A stretch of DNA of 63,241 bases, the filler included, from Phoronis australis (taxonomy: Eukaryota; Animalia; Phoronida): the NCBI GenBank assembly GCA_002633005.1. It is 10 parts of 10 records of this genome, joined end to end, with 100 filler letters (N's around TTAATTAATTAA, not from the genome) between each part and the next. Parts side by side here need not be neighbours in the genome. Positions count along the whole stretch, not along the records: positions 1 to 2,863 come from NMRA01003365.1; positions 2,964 to 7,588 come from NMRA01002534.1; positions 7,689 to 19,200 come from NMRA01001689.1; 7 more parts are not named here. One strand, given 5' to 3'. The position numbers and the translations under genes are program-made. The first letter of the stretch is position 1. The number at the start of each line of letters is the position of its first letter. This document shows, piece by piece, positions 1 through 13,953 of the stretch. The notes under the pieces were generated by a model that was not told the DNA's origin, did no database searches, and worked only from the letters and a program-made list of their open reading frames with translations.

Positions 1-959
1 GTGGAGTTTTGTTTGCTGTAACATGTTTGGTGTAGCTGTAATTTGGAAAATTCAGGGATTGGTTCACAATTAACTGACTTCTAAGTTGTTTTGATGCTTC
101 GTTTAAACACAAAATAAAAAGGTAGCAACCCTAACCGGTAAGAAAAAAGCAAGTATACAGGAGAATTAAAATAAAGTCATGTAAACAGGTATGAAACATA
201 TTTAAAACCAACGTTCCTTTGAGAAGTGGCCCTTTGTCAAGATCAACGCAAATTAACTTTTTAGTCTTTTTGTAATATTTAAAATGTACCAAGTTAAAAC
301 TGCTCTCCACATTGCAGGCTTTAACTCTGTGCAAATGCCAGAGAAAACAGTTTGGATGTAATAAGGCCCACCATTATTAAGACAGTAGTGCTAGCTATTA
401 CCTTTCCACTTCATTAGCTCAGATCTACATCAATACAAAGAGCATGCTGAATAAATAAAAGTTGTCTGGGGATTAGGGAATCAGGAGCAGTGACCAGTGT
501 AAGGGAGAAATTCTCCAAATGAACTTATGAGACAGCAGGAAATTGTGCTAAATTTTTCATGTATGAACTTGTGAAGCAGCAGGAAATTGTGCTAAATTTT
601 TCATGTAGTTTGGAAATTTGATAATTATGCTTGAGTCACAGTTCAATAATGACTATAAAGCAGTCTAAGTATTTCAACATTTTTTACCTCAAAATGGTAT
701 CACTGCATGAGTATTCAATTACTAATAGTGGTTAAAGTAATACTTTAAAAAAGTGGTCTGTTTGCTTTGAATATCTAGTTTAATTAATTAGTCAGTTGTT
801 GCTCCATACTAATTGCTGTTAGTTGATTGCTTGGTGGATGTTTTACTTTACCAAGAGTCGGCTTCAAATTACCCTCAACTTTCCTCAAATGGTTAACCAA
901 TTTTATATACTGGGTATGTGCTGTCAGTCATCCCCGATTGTCTGGTTGTTACTGGCAGA

Positions 960-1663
960 ATTCGACGTACGTTCATGAAATCTTGCACAGATGTTCCTTT
1001 CATGGATGGGACAGCATGAGCCAACTTTCGGACGGATTCAACTACCGGTGTGTCCTATAGTGGCAATTTTAGTTTTTTTACGCTTACCTCTATCTTCAAA
1101 GGGCCTCAACATATTTTCATAAAATTTGGCATATAGGCATCTATTAGTGAGGTGATGCTATCCTCCCGACTGAGGTGACGCTATCCTCCCGACTGAGGTG
1201 ACGCTATCCTCCCGTTTTCGGATGGATTCGACGTAGTTTGCCCCACCTAGTGGCCATTTTGCTGTTTTTGATTCTGGTTTTTGGCATGCACCCCTCTATC
1301 AACCAAACCGCTCTAAGAATGATTGTGAAAATTGACATGTATGTTCTTACTATGAAGAGGACGGCTGAAGATTATTTTCCAACGATTTCGACTACTATGG
1401 CACCTCCTAGTGGCAGTTTTGTTGTTTTTTTACGCCCATGACTATCTCTCAAACTGTTGGCAGGATCTTTACTAAATTTTGCAAGTGTGTTTATATGATA
1501 TTGACAATGTATGACGCCGACTTTCGGACGGATCTGGCAACCGGTGTGTCCCTTAGTGGCAATTTTAGTTTTTTACGTTTTCCTCTGTGTCTTCAAATGT
1601 CCTCAACGTATTTTCATAAAATTTGGCATATAGGCATCTGTTAGTGAGATGATGCTTTATCCC
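960..1663. repeat. Interspersed repeat with internal ~150-bp tandem subunits and a 23-bp triplication
   Basis: The motif tagtggc(a/c)-tttt recurs near 1058, 1249, 1408 and 1554. 1025-1167 closely matches 1521-1663. TGAGGTGA(C/T)GCTATCCTCCC is repeated three times at 1148-1213. Confidence 0.7.
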
Positions 1664-2863
1664 ATACGCATTGAATTAGTCGAGTGCAATACGGCAATGT
1701 AATTATGTTTTCCGTATTCACTTCAACAGTGACCTCTGACATGAAAAGTTCAAAAGGTAGGTCAATGTCAATTCTACGTCATCAGCTGGTTTGATCATCC
1801 AACCTTCCGAAAATAGTTTATAGTAATACAATTGCAGCAGTGTAAATAACACTCAACATGCAATCAGGTCCCAACCGTAATATCTAAAACAGGACTGTTA
1901 ATTGCTGTATTCGCGCCCATAAGTGTCCCCCCACGCGTTTTCAGACTTTGCTAAAATAAGCACTCAGTACATGCGAAAAATGCCTTACCTACAGCTCTAA
2001 ACTTCTACAGTAACGTCTTCAATTTATCAATTAGATCCTACAGTCCTGAAAAAATCATTGTGCGCGGAATTCGTAGACCACGAGCCTCGCTGCTGCTATG
2101 TCAGTATTTAGCCGTGACTATACACTTCAAACTTCCGCCGTGCCGCTTCAAAAAGAACGCAAGTTTTGCTGATCTTGCAAAGGATGTGTCCTATTATGGT
2201 CTCGCCTTTCAGAACAGATGCAGCATACTTGTCAAAGGGCTTGTGTTGTGTCTTTCCGTACAGGAATGCAAATCTCTTTGTACACGTGAAAACCACGAAT
2301 TGAAGACTAATAAAAACGTGACGTTTGTTGGGTTAAAAGCATGTGGCTGCATTCAAGAATCTGTCATTGAAGATTAGTCTTCGGGAATTATCTATTCATG
2401 AAACAGGTTGCATAGCATTGGCAAGAAATAGATACTGGCACTTACCGTATTCGCCTCAATAACAGCCCAGGGCGCTTAGAAAAGTTCGGTTCAGGGGGGG
2501 TGCTTATTATAACCCAAGGCTGTTGAAACCCGGTCTCCGAAACTGGTGAAATCGGAAGCTAAGATTCATCAAATTTACGCTCTGTGACGTATATGTAATT
2601 TATGAAAGACTTTCAACAAAACTGTGGTGCATTGCTATCAACATTTGCTGCTAAATTACGATCATTTTACAGAAAATTGTGCTGAAATCCCAGGGCGAAA
2701 ACTCGCCGACTGACTGCCTTGAAATCGCCGTCTTCGATATGGCGATTTCAATGCTTGAATAAAAATGGTTTCGACTCAAGCAAATTACCTGAAATCCTCA
2801 TTAACTTTTATAAGTAGCGTCTCTAAGATTTTTTAAGTTCCCTTGGAGTCTGGATTAACGGCA

Positions 2864-2963
2864 NNNNNNNNNNNNNNNNNNNNNNNNNNNNNNNNNNNNN
2901 NNNNNNNTTAATTAATTAANNNNNNNNNNNNNNNNNNNNNNNNNNNNNNNNNNNNNNNNNNNN
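2864..2963. other. Artificial contig-joining spacer (N44-TTAATTAATTAA-N44)
   Basis: Identical 100-bp spacer also at 7589-7688, 19201-19300, 22386-22485, 49473-49572, 53794-53893, 56077-56176, 58524-58623 and 61996-62095. The linker has stops in all six frames. Confidence 0.97.
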
Positions 2964-3141
2964 ACTAAAGACTGTTTTACAAAAGAATAAAACTAAATGT
3001 CTTTTTTCTATGAACATATTACACAAATTTATGACTCTTAGGAAATATTTGTTTGTCTTTTTTGTCTTCTAAATACAAAAATAATGCTTACTTTTGAGTG
3101 AAAGTGCAAATCACATTGTTGTATGTAGACACTGACTATAA

Positions 3142-3152
3142 CAAGATGGCTG
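3142..3152 (+). promoter_or_regulatory. YY1-like motif overlapping the EMC1 start codon
   Basis: CAAGATGGCTG resembles the YY1 core AAGATGGC, which is common at housekeeping gene starts. Confidence 0.35.
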
Positions 3153-3246
3153 CTGCCTGTTCTCTTAGTTTCATTGCAGTCATCATTCAACTATGTGGGC
3201 ATTATGTTGCTGGTCTATACGAAGATCAAGTTGGAAAATACGATTG
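3146..3246 (+). CDS. EMC1: ER membrane protein complex subunit 1, first coding exon (fragment)
   Basis: MAAACSLSFIAVIIQLCGHYVAGLYEDQVGKYD(W): a signal peptide followed by the conserved EMC1 N-terminal motif (L/V)YEDQVGK(F/Y)DW. The exon ends TG|GTTTGT (phase 2). No later exons were found in this contig. Confidence 0.85.
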
Positions 3247-3464
3247 GTTTGTCTACTTGTTAATTTCCACATGTCGAAACAGCAAATGTGATCTTGTGGT
3301 GGAGCATATGCCTTGCAATAGAAAAAGGAATTGGGGATTCACGTCTGTACTGCAGACTGTAGTCCGTACCGGGCCGTTACCGTAGCCCTGTATCCAGTGT
3401 GTAGCCTGTGTAATAGAAATGCTGTACTTGCACTTGAAATTCTTCTTAGTCTCAAGATTGCTTA

Positions 3465-3746
3465 TGTGTGAACTTGGAATACCCTAGGAAATTTGGAAAG
3501 TTCACTCAAATAATCGCAAATTATAAGGCAAGTCATTATGTAGTAATTGCCGAGATCACCCAAACGGGAGTCAAACCAGTGACACCAGTAAAACCAGCAA
3601 GCATGCTAAGTGTGACAGTGGGTCCAATAATTAGAAAAATTCTTTACAAGGAATAAAACTTTTCCGTGATTACTTTAACGAATATTTAATTCCAATTAGC
3701 TCACATATGTGACCTTGAGATTAAGCGGAATTCCAAGTTCACTCAC
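3465..3746. mobile_element. Small MITE-like element in EMC1 intron 1
   Basis: Terminal inverted repeat GTGAACTTGGAAT ... ATTCCAAGTTCAC. Confidence 0.5.
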
Positions 3747-5907
3747 AGCAGGTAAACCAACCCTGGAATCCAAACAAGGTTGGAAATCCATACATTGAAA
3801 ATGCAGAATTTATTATCATACATATCACTCTCAAATTACGCATTAAATAATAACGTGCACATGTTGAAATTACAATTGTGTGTAAGTTAATATCTCATAT
3901 AAATGATACGGCGATTATAACTGCTTGAAATTAAGCCCTTCAAAAGAACTTAGTCCCTTGAAGATTCAACGTTTTACTATTGCCACTCCACCATTTTGAT
4001 TTTTCAACTAGCGGTGAAGTAAGACATTCAATTGGCTCATTGGCTGGCATTCGGGTCACTACTAATTATAACCTATGAGCATTAGATGACAGACGACTTG
4101 ATCGGTCATCCATACTAAGAGGTGAAAGGAACCAAAATTGCAAAATTTACGTAACAAAGTAAGACCATTCACAATGCCATAATTTGACTTGGTTAGTATT
4201 AGCTCACTCAACAATTTTGCCCCCATACTGGTAATTTCTTAAAATCTATAATCATTTCAAATAATCTGGGGAAATACGATGAATGTTTTCAGTCATCCAG
4301 TTGGGTCATAGTATAAGAAACAATAAATCTATTACTGGACTTACGGTACGTGGAGATGGCAACGTTGCGTCCTCCTCTCGAGGACTTCATCAGGCCACTG
4401 AGTTGTCACGTGACTTGTCATGTGATCCGCCGTACAGTTGTAATATAATGTGGGGAAAATTTTTGATATACCTTCAGCTCCTTTTAAGCTCATGTGTCTT
4501 GTCTAATTCATCGTGTAAATTGGAAAGTGTTGTAAATTTCATAAATGTGCTTAGAAAGCATGATTCCTTGAGCAAGAACAAAGTGGATCTGATAGTCCAT
4601 TCCCTGAAGAATGAAGTACTCTTTAAGGTTGTGTGTACACCTAATTGTTATGCTATGTTTATCCTAAAATATCTAATTAACCAGCAACTATCAAGCCATG
4701 AAAGTACTAGTATGTATTTTCTGAAAGTAGAAGTCAAAACAAATTCATCTATGTCATCCACATCATTGTGCAATTGTTTTGGTCCCATTGGTCGGCGTTT
4801 TGGCTGAAAAAGCTCTGTTTTTGAAAGATACATTAATAGCAAATTGATCCTTTAACCTTCATTATTAAGACTTTGGACGACAAAACTTTGGCGAATTTGC
4901 TCCAAAATTGTGTCTGGGATTTTGAATGTAACGTACGTTTTTTTTTAATCTGAAAAACATCCTTACTTGCAATCTCTTTTAAAAACATTGTGACTCTTAA
5001 TCCTAAATTAAACATCAAAAATCAATAAAATCTCTAATGAAAAATCTGAGACATAGTTTTTGTGTTATTTGAAAATTCAAACACCGAGGAAATCTGTCGG
5101 CTCTTGGAAGAAGTCGTGGTTTGAAAGTTGTAGGTTGGCCCAAAGAACGAATGAAGAAAAACGTGACTTTGTATTATCTATAGCCCACTCACCGTTTTGT
5201 CGTAGTATTATGATTGACGCTGTTCTTGGTGGCTGTGACAGCTGGTGAAATGTGCTCAAAGATACTTCTATAGGCTGTGTTTTTGATAGTTATATAAACT
5301 TTATGAGACTGGACCAATTAATTGACAGTTTTTGCATACTTGCCGGAGTCGGAGACATGAGTTTTAGTAGGGTGCTTATGAAATTATTTTTTAGGATCCA
5401 GTGTGAATCCTGCGTATTACAACATACAAAAGTTGTCTCCCAAGCTCTAAATAACAATATTTATAATCTCTGTCAGAACTGAGTAACTTGTATCACTCCA
5501 ATCGTGACCTTCGAGATTTATACCGGGGTTATTTAGTGGAGTATAATGCAGGTGCTGGAGTTGATTAGAATTGTTTCGTGGTCGCTTTCAGCTAATTTTG
5601 CCCTCCAATAGGAGAAAAATTCTTTCTTTCCTTTTCGTTTACAATCCATGTTATTGGTATCAATGGGTTATTATTCAACAATGAAAAGTGTACTGGGCGA
5701 CACTGCAGCTGACCAAGAACGGTGTGTTGAGGGATGGGCCTACTCTAATAATGAACAACAGGACTTTGCATTGTGGGACAAATTTGGCACAAAATATGAT
5801 TTGACACATCGCAGGTAAACAAGTTTCATGTGATAGGAAGGGCTTCAAAAAGTGGCAATTTAAATAGAAAAATACAGTCGTAAGGGTAAAACTGAAATCC
5901 TCACATA

Positions 5908-6802
5908 NNNNNNNNNNNNNNNNNNNNNNNNNNNNNNNNNNNNNNNNNNNNNNNNNNNNNNNNNNNNNNNNNNNNNNNNNNNNNNNNNNNNNNNNNNNNN
6001 NNNNNNNNNNNNNNNNNNNNNNNNNNNNNNNNNNNNNNNNNNNNNNNNNNNNNNNNNNNNNNNNNNNNNNNNNNNNNNNNNNNNNNNNNNNNNNNNNNNN
6101 NNNNNNNNNNNNNNNNNNNNNNNNNNNNNNNNNNNNNNNNNNNNNNNNNNNNNNNNNNNNNNNNNNNNNNNNNNNNNNNNNNNNNNNNNNNNNNNNNNNN
6201 NNNNNNNNNNNNNNNNNNNNNNNNNNNNNNNNNNNNNNNNNNNNNNNNNNNNNNNNNNNNNNNNNNNNNNNNNNNNNNNNNNNNNNNNNNNNNNNNNNNN
6301 NNNNNNNNNNNNNNNNNNNNNNNNNNNNNNNNNNNNNNNNNNNNNNNNNNNNNNNNNNNNNNNNNNNNNNNNNNNNNNNNNNNNNNNNNNNNNNNNNNNN
6401 NNNNNNNNNNNNNNNNNNNNNNNNNNNNNNNNNNNNNNNNNNNNNNNNNNNNNNNNNNNNNNNNNNNNNNNNNNNNNNNNNNNNNNNNNNNNNNNNNNNN
6501 NNNNNNNNNNNNNNNNNNNNNNNNNNNNNNNNNNNNNNNNNNNNNNNNNNNNNNNNNNNNNNNNNNNNNNNNNNNNNNNNNNNNNNNNNNNNNNNNNNNN
6601 NNNNNNNNNNNNNNNNNNNNNNNNNNNNNNNNNNNNNNNNNNNNNNNNNNNNNNNNNNNNNNNNNNNNNNNNNNNNNNNNNNNNNNNNNNNNNNNNNNNN
6701 NNNNNNNNNNNNNNNNNNNNNNNNNNNNNNNNNNNNNNNNNNNNNNNNNNNNNNNNNNNNNNNNNNNNNNNNNNNNNNNNNNNNNNNNNNNNNNNNNNNN
6801 NN
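5908..6802. other. Scaffold gap (895 N, no linker)
   Basis: Run of N only. Confidence 0.98.
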
Positions 6803-8414
6803 GGGGGGGGGGGTGACGGGAAGGCAAAGGCTGCTCAATGAACCATCTATGGCGCTTATGGGTAGTTCAGTCAGGTCTGCTTCAGTTACAGCCAGGTTAG
6901 TTTTGTTTCTAGCTGAGTCTGTGACGTGAGCAGATGAGAACCCAGGGAATGGAAAATTTGGCAATAACCGGGGTAGCAAGGCAAATAGTCCGCTTATCAT
7001 AAATTCATAAGTGCCAGTTCCATTAGCTAGTTCTGGGTGCAGAACACTCCTGTTAAAAAATGTCTCCTAGTTAGAAACAAAAAATAAGAGAATCCAGCTT
7101 TTAATTTAAAACTGCAGACCAGGGTTTCACTTCACAATAATTTAAATTTTAGCTTTTGATAAATGAAATCTTAATGTATGTTAAAATAGCAGTCACGTGG
7201 TCTTGAACTTCCTTTTGCACAGAGTGGCTGATAAAATTGTCTACAGAGAATCTGCACCTCTTATAGAGTTGTCAGTGGTCATGATTTTATTATGCTATTA
7301 GTTTAATGCTTATCGTTCACAGGTTGGAGACAGATTATGGAGAATGGAGACAGGGGTCGGATAGATGCAATGATTCACTACAAGAACAGTTGAGTTTCTT
7401 TTGTTTCCACTATCATCCTGCATTTGAATTAGGTGTACTCCAGTGCACCACAATGCATGCTATGTACTATGTAATGTCAAGGGGCCTGCTCTCATTTTCA
7501 AATAAGCTGATTTGAAATACAGTGCGCTAAATGTAAAGGGTAAATAATGGACCTTTTTTGTGTTATGGCTGCCTGTTTTATTGATGACNNNNNNNNNNNN
7601 NNNNNNNNNNNNNNNNNNNNNNNNNNNNNNNNTTAATTAATTAANNNNNNNNNNNNNNNNNNNNNNNNNNNNNNNNNNNNNNNNNNNNTGCTGAGATCTC
7701 GCTTGCTAGATAACTGAAGTCAGTCTGCCGACACAAATTATGGACTTTTTCTCAGTTAAACTTGCTGTGAAGAACTCACTGCACTGCTGACAGTGGGTCT
7801 GATCAGGTGATGCCATTTCGAATTACCATCTGTCGAGAGCAGGCTGAAAAAATGAGAAACAGTGTAGTCAAGGGTCACAGTCATATGTTCACCATTTTGT
7901 AGGGAAACTGTTGAAGATGTATTATAGTGCTCTGACAGCTTCCCATTAGGCACACTATCGATTTTATGACCAAAATCACATTTTTGAGATTATTGTTCTC
8001 CACGCCTAACTTCACAGAATTTTGTTATTTAACAAAATACAAAAACGCGGGTATGATCACTGAAATGTAGGCCCGTCAAATAGTAAGTGAAGTTGCCTTT
8101 GTGTGCCATATTGCGTCACCGCGAAATCCCAGCACAAACAACAAAAGGCCAAAAACAGTAGTATTGAATGGGGGTCTGAATACATGTAGGTTTTATTCCA
8201 AGGTGATTCTTGCGATGACGTAGACAAGCCAAAACGCCTAACAGTTCATTACATTTGACAATTTATGGCACTAACCAGGTCTCAGAACGATGCTCTTACC
8301 AAACGGTAGGAATCACATTTACAGGTGGTACTATTCAAGATGGGCTTTAAAGTTGTTAGATTTGAACAGCAAAATCTGTTATTTTTGCAATTTTACTACA
8401 AGTCACATATTCTA

Positions 8415-9323
8415 AGATGTTCCATCGAAGCAGGAATCTGTGTGTTGAACAAATATCCGGAATTGAAAATAAGACTCCCGCACCTTCAAAACAGCTAGCC
8501 AGGCCAGAAAATACGAGCCCCGACCTTTAAAACAGTAATCCCGGGAATTGGACAGGAAACCCGAACAATTTTTCAAATTTTCTGAGACCGTTTTCAATAG
8601 CCTCAAATTTTGAGTTAAAGCATCTTCAAGTACTTTCCAGTCGTTTTCTTGCATATTCTTGTTAAAAATTATCAACAATAAAACGTAACTTATATTATAC
8701 TGTGTTATTCATTTTTATAGGTAAAACTCGTGCAACTTGTCAGAGGGAAAATTTCAACATAACCTACTCTCAACACGTTGTTAACTTGGTGATTATTTGT
8801 TTATTTCAGATTATTTAATAGTTTCTCCAAAAATAATTTCAAAATTGAAAAACCAAAGATATCATTTTGATTTTCAAGTCCCATTGTTAATTAATTTGTT
8901 ATGACATGTACGCAACCTCGTGAACGAAGAGCAGTTGATTGAAGAATTAGGAAAAAGAAACTGGCCAATAGGTGACGCAATATTATATGGTGGCGAAACC
9001 CGATGCAAAAGATTGCACCACAACTTTAGCAACAGGATAATGTAGAACGCCAATCCGTCAAAAGTGGTCTACATAGTAAAACAAAATATCACAGCAACTA
9101 TTTAAATTAAGAAGATTTCTTTTTCATCAAACAATTGGTGACAGAAAATGCGGGAGTGGTGTTTTGGTGCCCGGGTGTCCTGCTCGATCCCAGGGGTTCC
9201 TGCATGTTTTAAAGGTTGGGCTTCGTGTTTTGCAGGATGGTTAGCTGCTTTGAAGGTGTGGGGTCTGTTTTCGAATCCGGGATATCTGTTTTCACCGGAG
9301 TTCATGTTTCAATGAAACATGCT
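8415..9323. mobile_element. Old MITE with ~150-bp imperfect terminal inverted repeats
   Basis: 8415-8565 aligns by eye to the reverse complement of ~9170-9323. A diverged copy of the left half lies at ~33435-33925. Confidence 0.65.
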
Positions 9324-9338
9324 GTATTTTTCATATTA

Positions 9339-9712
9339 AATTTTATGATCGACATATGTCCCGAATAATAGATGAATGATGCGTGCATCGCAAGCTAAAT
9401 ATCAGAGATGAAAAGGAGACCGAGGTAGGTGATACAAGGTCATTTATTATGACTAATACAATTACAATATAAAGAATACAGATAAGTAACATAAAAATGG
9501 TAATGTCTGGTAAGATGGGCAATAAAAAAGCGCCACAAGAGATGTAAGACAGCTCATGCCAAATAACAGATGAATGATATGTGCGTCGCAAGCTCGCTAC
9601 CAGAGATGAAAAGGAGACCGAGGAAGGCGATTTAAGGTCATTTATTATGACTAATACAATTACAACATAAAGAATACAGATAAGTAACATAAAATGGAAA
9701 TCTCTGGTAAGA
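9339..9712 (+). repeat. Two tandem copies of a ~190-bp repeat; an inverted third copy lies at 18266-18460
   Basis: The core GAGATGAAAAGGAGACCGAGG..AAGGTCATTTATTATGACTAATACAATTACAA is present twice here and as its reverse complement at 18330-18400. Confidence 0.85.
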
Positions 9713-12459
9713 CTGATAGGAAATGCATCCTTTTGACAAAAAGCCTATATGCTTTCCACTGCAACCTTTGCAACACTTGCTGTTTCGTTTTATTATACTT
9801 ATTTGTCATAGATGTACTCTTTTAAACTTAGTGCTAAAAGACAAAGCAAAAACAATAATTAGCCACGAGAACTGGTAGAGATAATATCTCAAGGGATATC
9901 AAATGGATTTCATGGTTACCAATTTGGCCTGTTTGGGTTTTAAACTTTTATTGTGTTTTTTCAAGAAACAATCGCTGAATAGAGTACTAGAGTTAGTGTT
10001 GTGGCAACAATAGTGGAGAAGCCATCGTGGCTGGCGAGTCAGTGTTTTCGTTCATTTTACTTATAGTTTACAAAACTTCACATCTGTAATATATTTTTAA
10101 AGTGTCAAAGCTGTTTTCAATAAGTGGGTTCTCGAATCACGCTTGTATGCTAAATGAACAGGGAAAGTCGATGTTTCCTTTTTTAAGTTCCCAAAGCCGA
10201 TATATGACAAAACTTCCAAAACAAGAGTGGAGGTTGCAGCTGTAGGCGATCGCTGCAGAGGAAATAAAAGCAAGGAAATAGCAAAAGGTGGCATATTTCA
10301 AGAAATCCAAAGATTTTGTATATCAACCAAAATTACACAATTAAAATATGCAGTCTGAGATAACAAGATAACGTCAAAATTGGGAACATTTAAGATGGTG
10401 TTGTGACTTGACCAGTAAGTTTGATTATATTAATTTCTACGTTATTATTTATTTTGTAAAGTTATCAAACAAATAAAAACAGGAGGCATAAAACCTAAAT
10501 CTGTCTCCTGGAAGCATCAGAAGTGATTTCTTTTTAGAAAGTCTTTAAAAATTGAAAAGCTTAGTGCTTTATGGACATGTATATGAAATTTTTACAGGTG
10601 AAGCATTCCTTCATCCCAGGGAAATGATGGCAAGTTGTGTGACGTCAGTTCCTAATCACCATGTCCGGGCCTCGGATAGAGTTCTAGGCAATTACATCGC
10701 TGTGAATACTACAGGCATACACAGGCGACAGTGTACCCCCATAAATTGAGAATTATGACGTATAGATGGCACTGGCTGTTCGCCCAAGCTGCCACGTTCC
10801 TTTTGTCTCTAAGTCCATTGTTTAATTACTGGTAAGGTATCCTCATTTACAGTTACACTGTAGTCTTGGTACATCTCTCACGTTGTTAATCCATTATAAT
10901 CACACATTACATATCAGTGAACTATTATTTGTTCTGTTGTTTCAGGTAACGATCGCTCAATATTTACTGACACCAATAAACATTTAAGAGAAATACTTGC
11001 AAGTTATCCTCTAATAAAAAGTTACTTGTATCATAATACATAAAATAACATCAAAAGAAACGTGCATATATGCTTACTTTTGCCCCCGCTTTCTTATGCT
11101 ACTTTTGTCAGCCTCGCTCGCTCTCCCTTGGGTGGGCGGATGCATCCTTCTGCTGCATCTGTGGCAGATTGTCACCCACCTTTACAGTGCAACATGTTAT
11201 ATAACTTTTGTAATTACCGATATCTGTAGTAGTTTAGTTTGTCATAATATATATGACCTTTTATCTCAACTACATGTGTTGTTTCACTGTAAACTAGCTT
11301 CGGTATCGCTTCGCAGTTAGCGCATATAAATACAAATTAAGTTATAATTAACACATACCATGAATATGGGGACAATTTAATCAACATAATTTGAACATAA
11401 GATGAAAATCTTTCGTGGTTCATTTAAGCTAATCTTTTACCATGGGCTATTTTGAGGAAGTTTCACGAAATCCCGCCTGTTGACGAACTAATAGTCCAAG
11501 GGACATAAATTTAGTACAAATTCTACCAGATATCTTGAGCAATGAGATAAATACAGGGCCGCAGCATGAAACAAAAGACTAGACTCTTTTTAGATAAAAA
11601 CAAAAACCAAACTAAACATTCACAAGAACAAAAAAAAAACAATATCTGATGAAAGAAGAGATCACGGGGGGGTGGTTAGAGGCATGGAAAACAGATTTCC
11701 AGGGTTGTACTCCACCCAAGACAGTGAGGTTTGCACAGTGTGCAGTCGGTGTCTAAGTCTTGGGTGCGAGAGATGTAACACCAGAGGGCAAGTGGTTTTG
11801 AAGTCCAATTGCGTTGAGTTACACCATGATTAGACACCATCCTCGATGTACATGTACCTAACAACTGTCAATAGTGACAACGTAAAAATATTTGGCTCAT
11901 GCCATATGGAATCACTATATTAAACTTTGGTAGTTTGAACATGTGGTAACGTAGGCCAACCAAATTAATTACTCAAATCAAGTGCATTTATTCATTAAGA
12001 TTTTTGGAAGCGCAACTCTTTATAATTGTTTTTCATGAATAAAAAATACTAATATAATGAGTCAGGCAGCCTGGCCTGCTTCAGGTGTGACGTTGGTCGG
12101 GGGAATTAGCTATGTTCTTAACTAAGGTATCAAAATTAATTCACTATATCGTTACACACCAGCGCTGTGGAATGAGTATCGCGTTTGACTGGACTCGGCC
12201 AGTTGGGATACAGCCTGTGTCCTTATCAGTTTGACAGTGGCAAACCAATGTTTACATAGTCCAGCTCTCTTGTCTGCTTTCATCTGATAAGCTCACCTAA
12301 TCTAGCTGAATTATATTGTAAACGCTAACCAAGTTAAAAAATTCTATTTGCAAATGACTTTAAAAAATGTTGTGAAGCAGATGTGGTTTGTATGACATAC
12401 TTTTACCAAAAAGCTTCAAATGGAGAAAAATGGTCGACTTTCAGAGACATTACTCTTAC

Positions 12460-13953
12460 AGGAGCATGCCACCCAAAAAACAACCTATTTTGTATCAATT
12501 TAGATCGAGTAGTTCTACTCGATAACGGCACGTTCGGTTGCGTTACCCGACACCTGACGGAAGACGGAGGCGTTGAAATTATTCAATAACGTCATTGGTT
12601 TCACACTCAGTCTGTTCAGCAGTTCACAACACGGGTTACTGGTGTCAGCTTATTGCTTGAATTCATCGTTTAACACCAATAAATCATCAAACTTTGATGT
12701 AAAACCTTTAAAAATACACCGAGTTCTTATAAAATCGTGTTGCTTTATTTCGCTGTTACAGATTTATTGGTATTTGGACACACCGTTGCCTACAAAGTTC
12801 GGCAGGCCAATTTATGAAGGTCCGAGCAGGAGTTTGGGGACTGTTCGATATAAATTCAAAGTATTCTTCCGTGAAATACAGACAGGAGCACCTAGATCTG
12901 TGTTGTTTAGACTTGTTATTTTTTGAGTTCTAAACACACAAAATGCTTGTTATCCCGGCCAGTGGCTCGGAACCCGATCAGGCCCATCACAGCCGGACTG
13001 CAGACATCACAAACATAAACCAGCCAAAGTTGGAAACTAAACTTTCAGTCAAGAAAATACTATACTAGTGAGGCAAAGAAGTAAAGTGCACGTGATTATG
13101 TTGGTGAATTAGCCACCAAACTACAAATCTACCTACTCGACGGGGGCCGCAAACCCAGGTTCCCCTTTGGCCACAGAACCGTCAGGGCAGAAGTAATGTA
13201 CATTGACAATCGTTATTTGAATAATGTATATGTAAATAAAGATTCCCCTAACACCTGGCCGTGGGATAGAAAATCGAGTTATTGTTTCACAACAGTTTCT
13301 GTCAGCAAACACTGAATTTACATGCGCTCGACGGCCTCAGTGCCCTGTCAATTACCTTTATTGCATCTGAAGGCAGTAATGCAGCGGTTTATTCATTGCT
13401 GGCTTCTCAAAATGCACTCATCGAATACTTCAAAGGCATTAAAAATTTTATCTAATGAGACAGACTGTTTCAGTTTTATATAAGCATTTGAAACAGAACG
13501 CAGAACGTCAACAGAATCCTAACTTCTAGACGTGAGTTCATCCGACAAACACTCCGCAAGTGGATCGTTAAGTTTCACAGGCTATCAGTTCGAACTGGAA
13601 TACAGTGATCAAGAAATACCAGAGAGGCGCCGTGAACATGCACAGACAACGGAACATATGGATAGTTCTTTGGTAAGCCGGCATTCGTCAGACTCACTGT
13701 CGACGACTGCTGGCTACAGACACGGACTTTCGAGGAAGTCGAAAATACAATGTACCTGCGGGAACGATGCACCGCAACATAAACAGCATTCACTCTGCAA
13801 ATGAACCACTGACGTCGCTGCGTCATTTTTCACCTTCCTCACAGGTTAACGTGACAACTCTCGGCAAGGTAAGGTCGACCGTATGCGAGGCACTTTGGAT
13901 ATAGACTGATTAAGACGGTAAAAAAGACTAATTAAATCGGGTGGCATTCTCCT
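12460..13953. mobile_element. Non-autonomous Kolobok-like DNA transposon
   Basis: TIR AGGAGCATGCCACCC / GGGTGGCATTCTCCT. Flanks are TTAC (left, one mismatch) and TTAA (right). The internal remnant GYQFELEYSDQE resembles the YQFEP start seen in Kolobok KolX/P2X7-like ORFs. Confidence 0.7.

Noticed and set aside
2908-2919. TTAATTAATTAA as a biological motif or TTAA target site
   Set aside because: It is always centred in N44 padding and is an assembly linker.
5675-7000. 441-aa and 308-aa ORFs
   Set aside because: They are open only because they cross the N gap.
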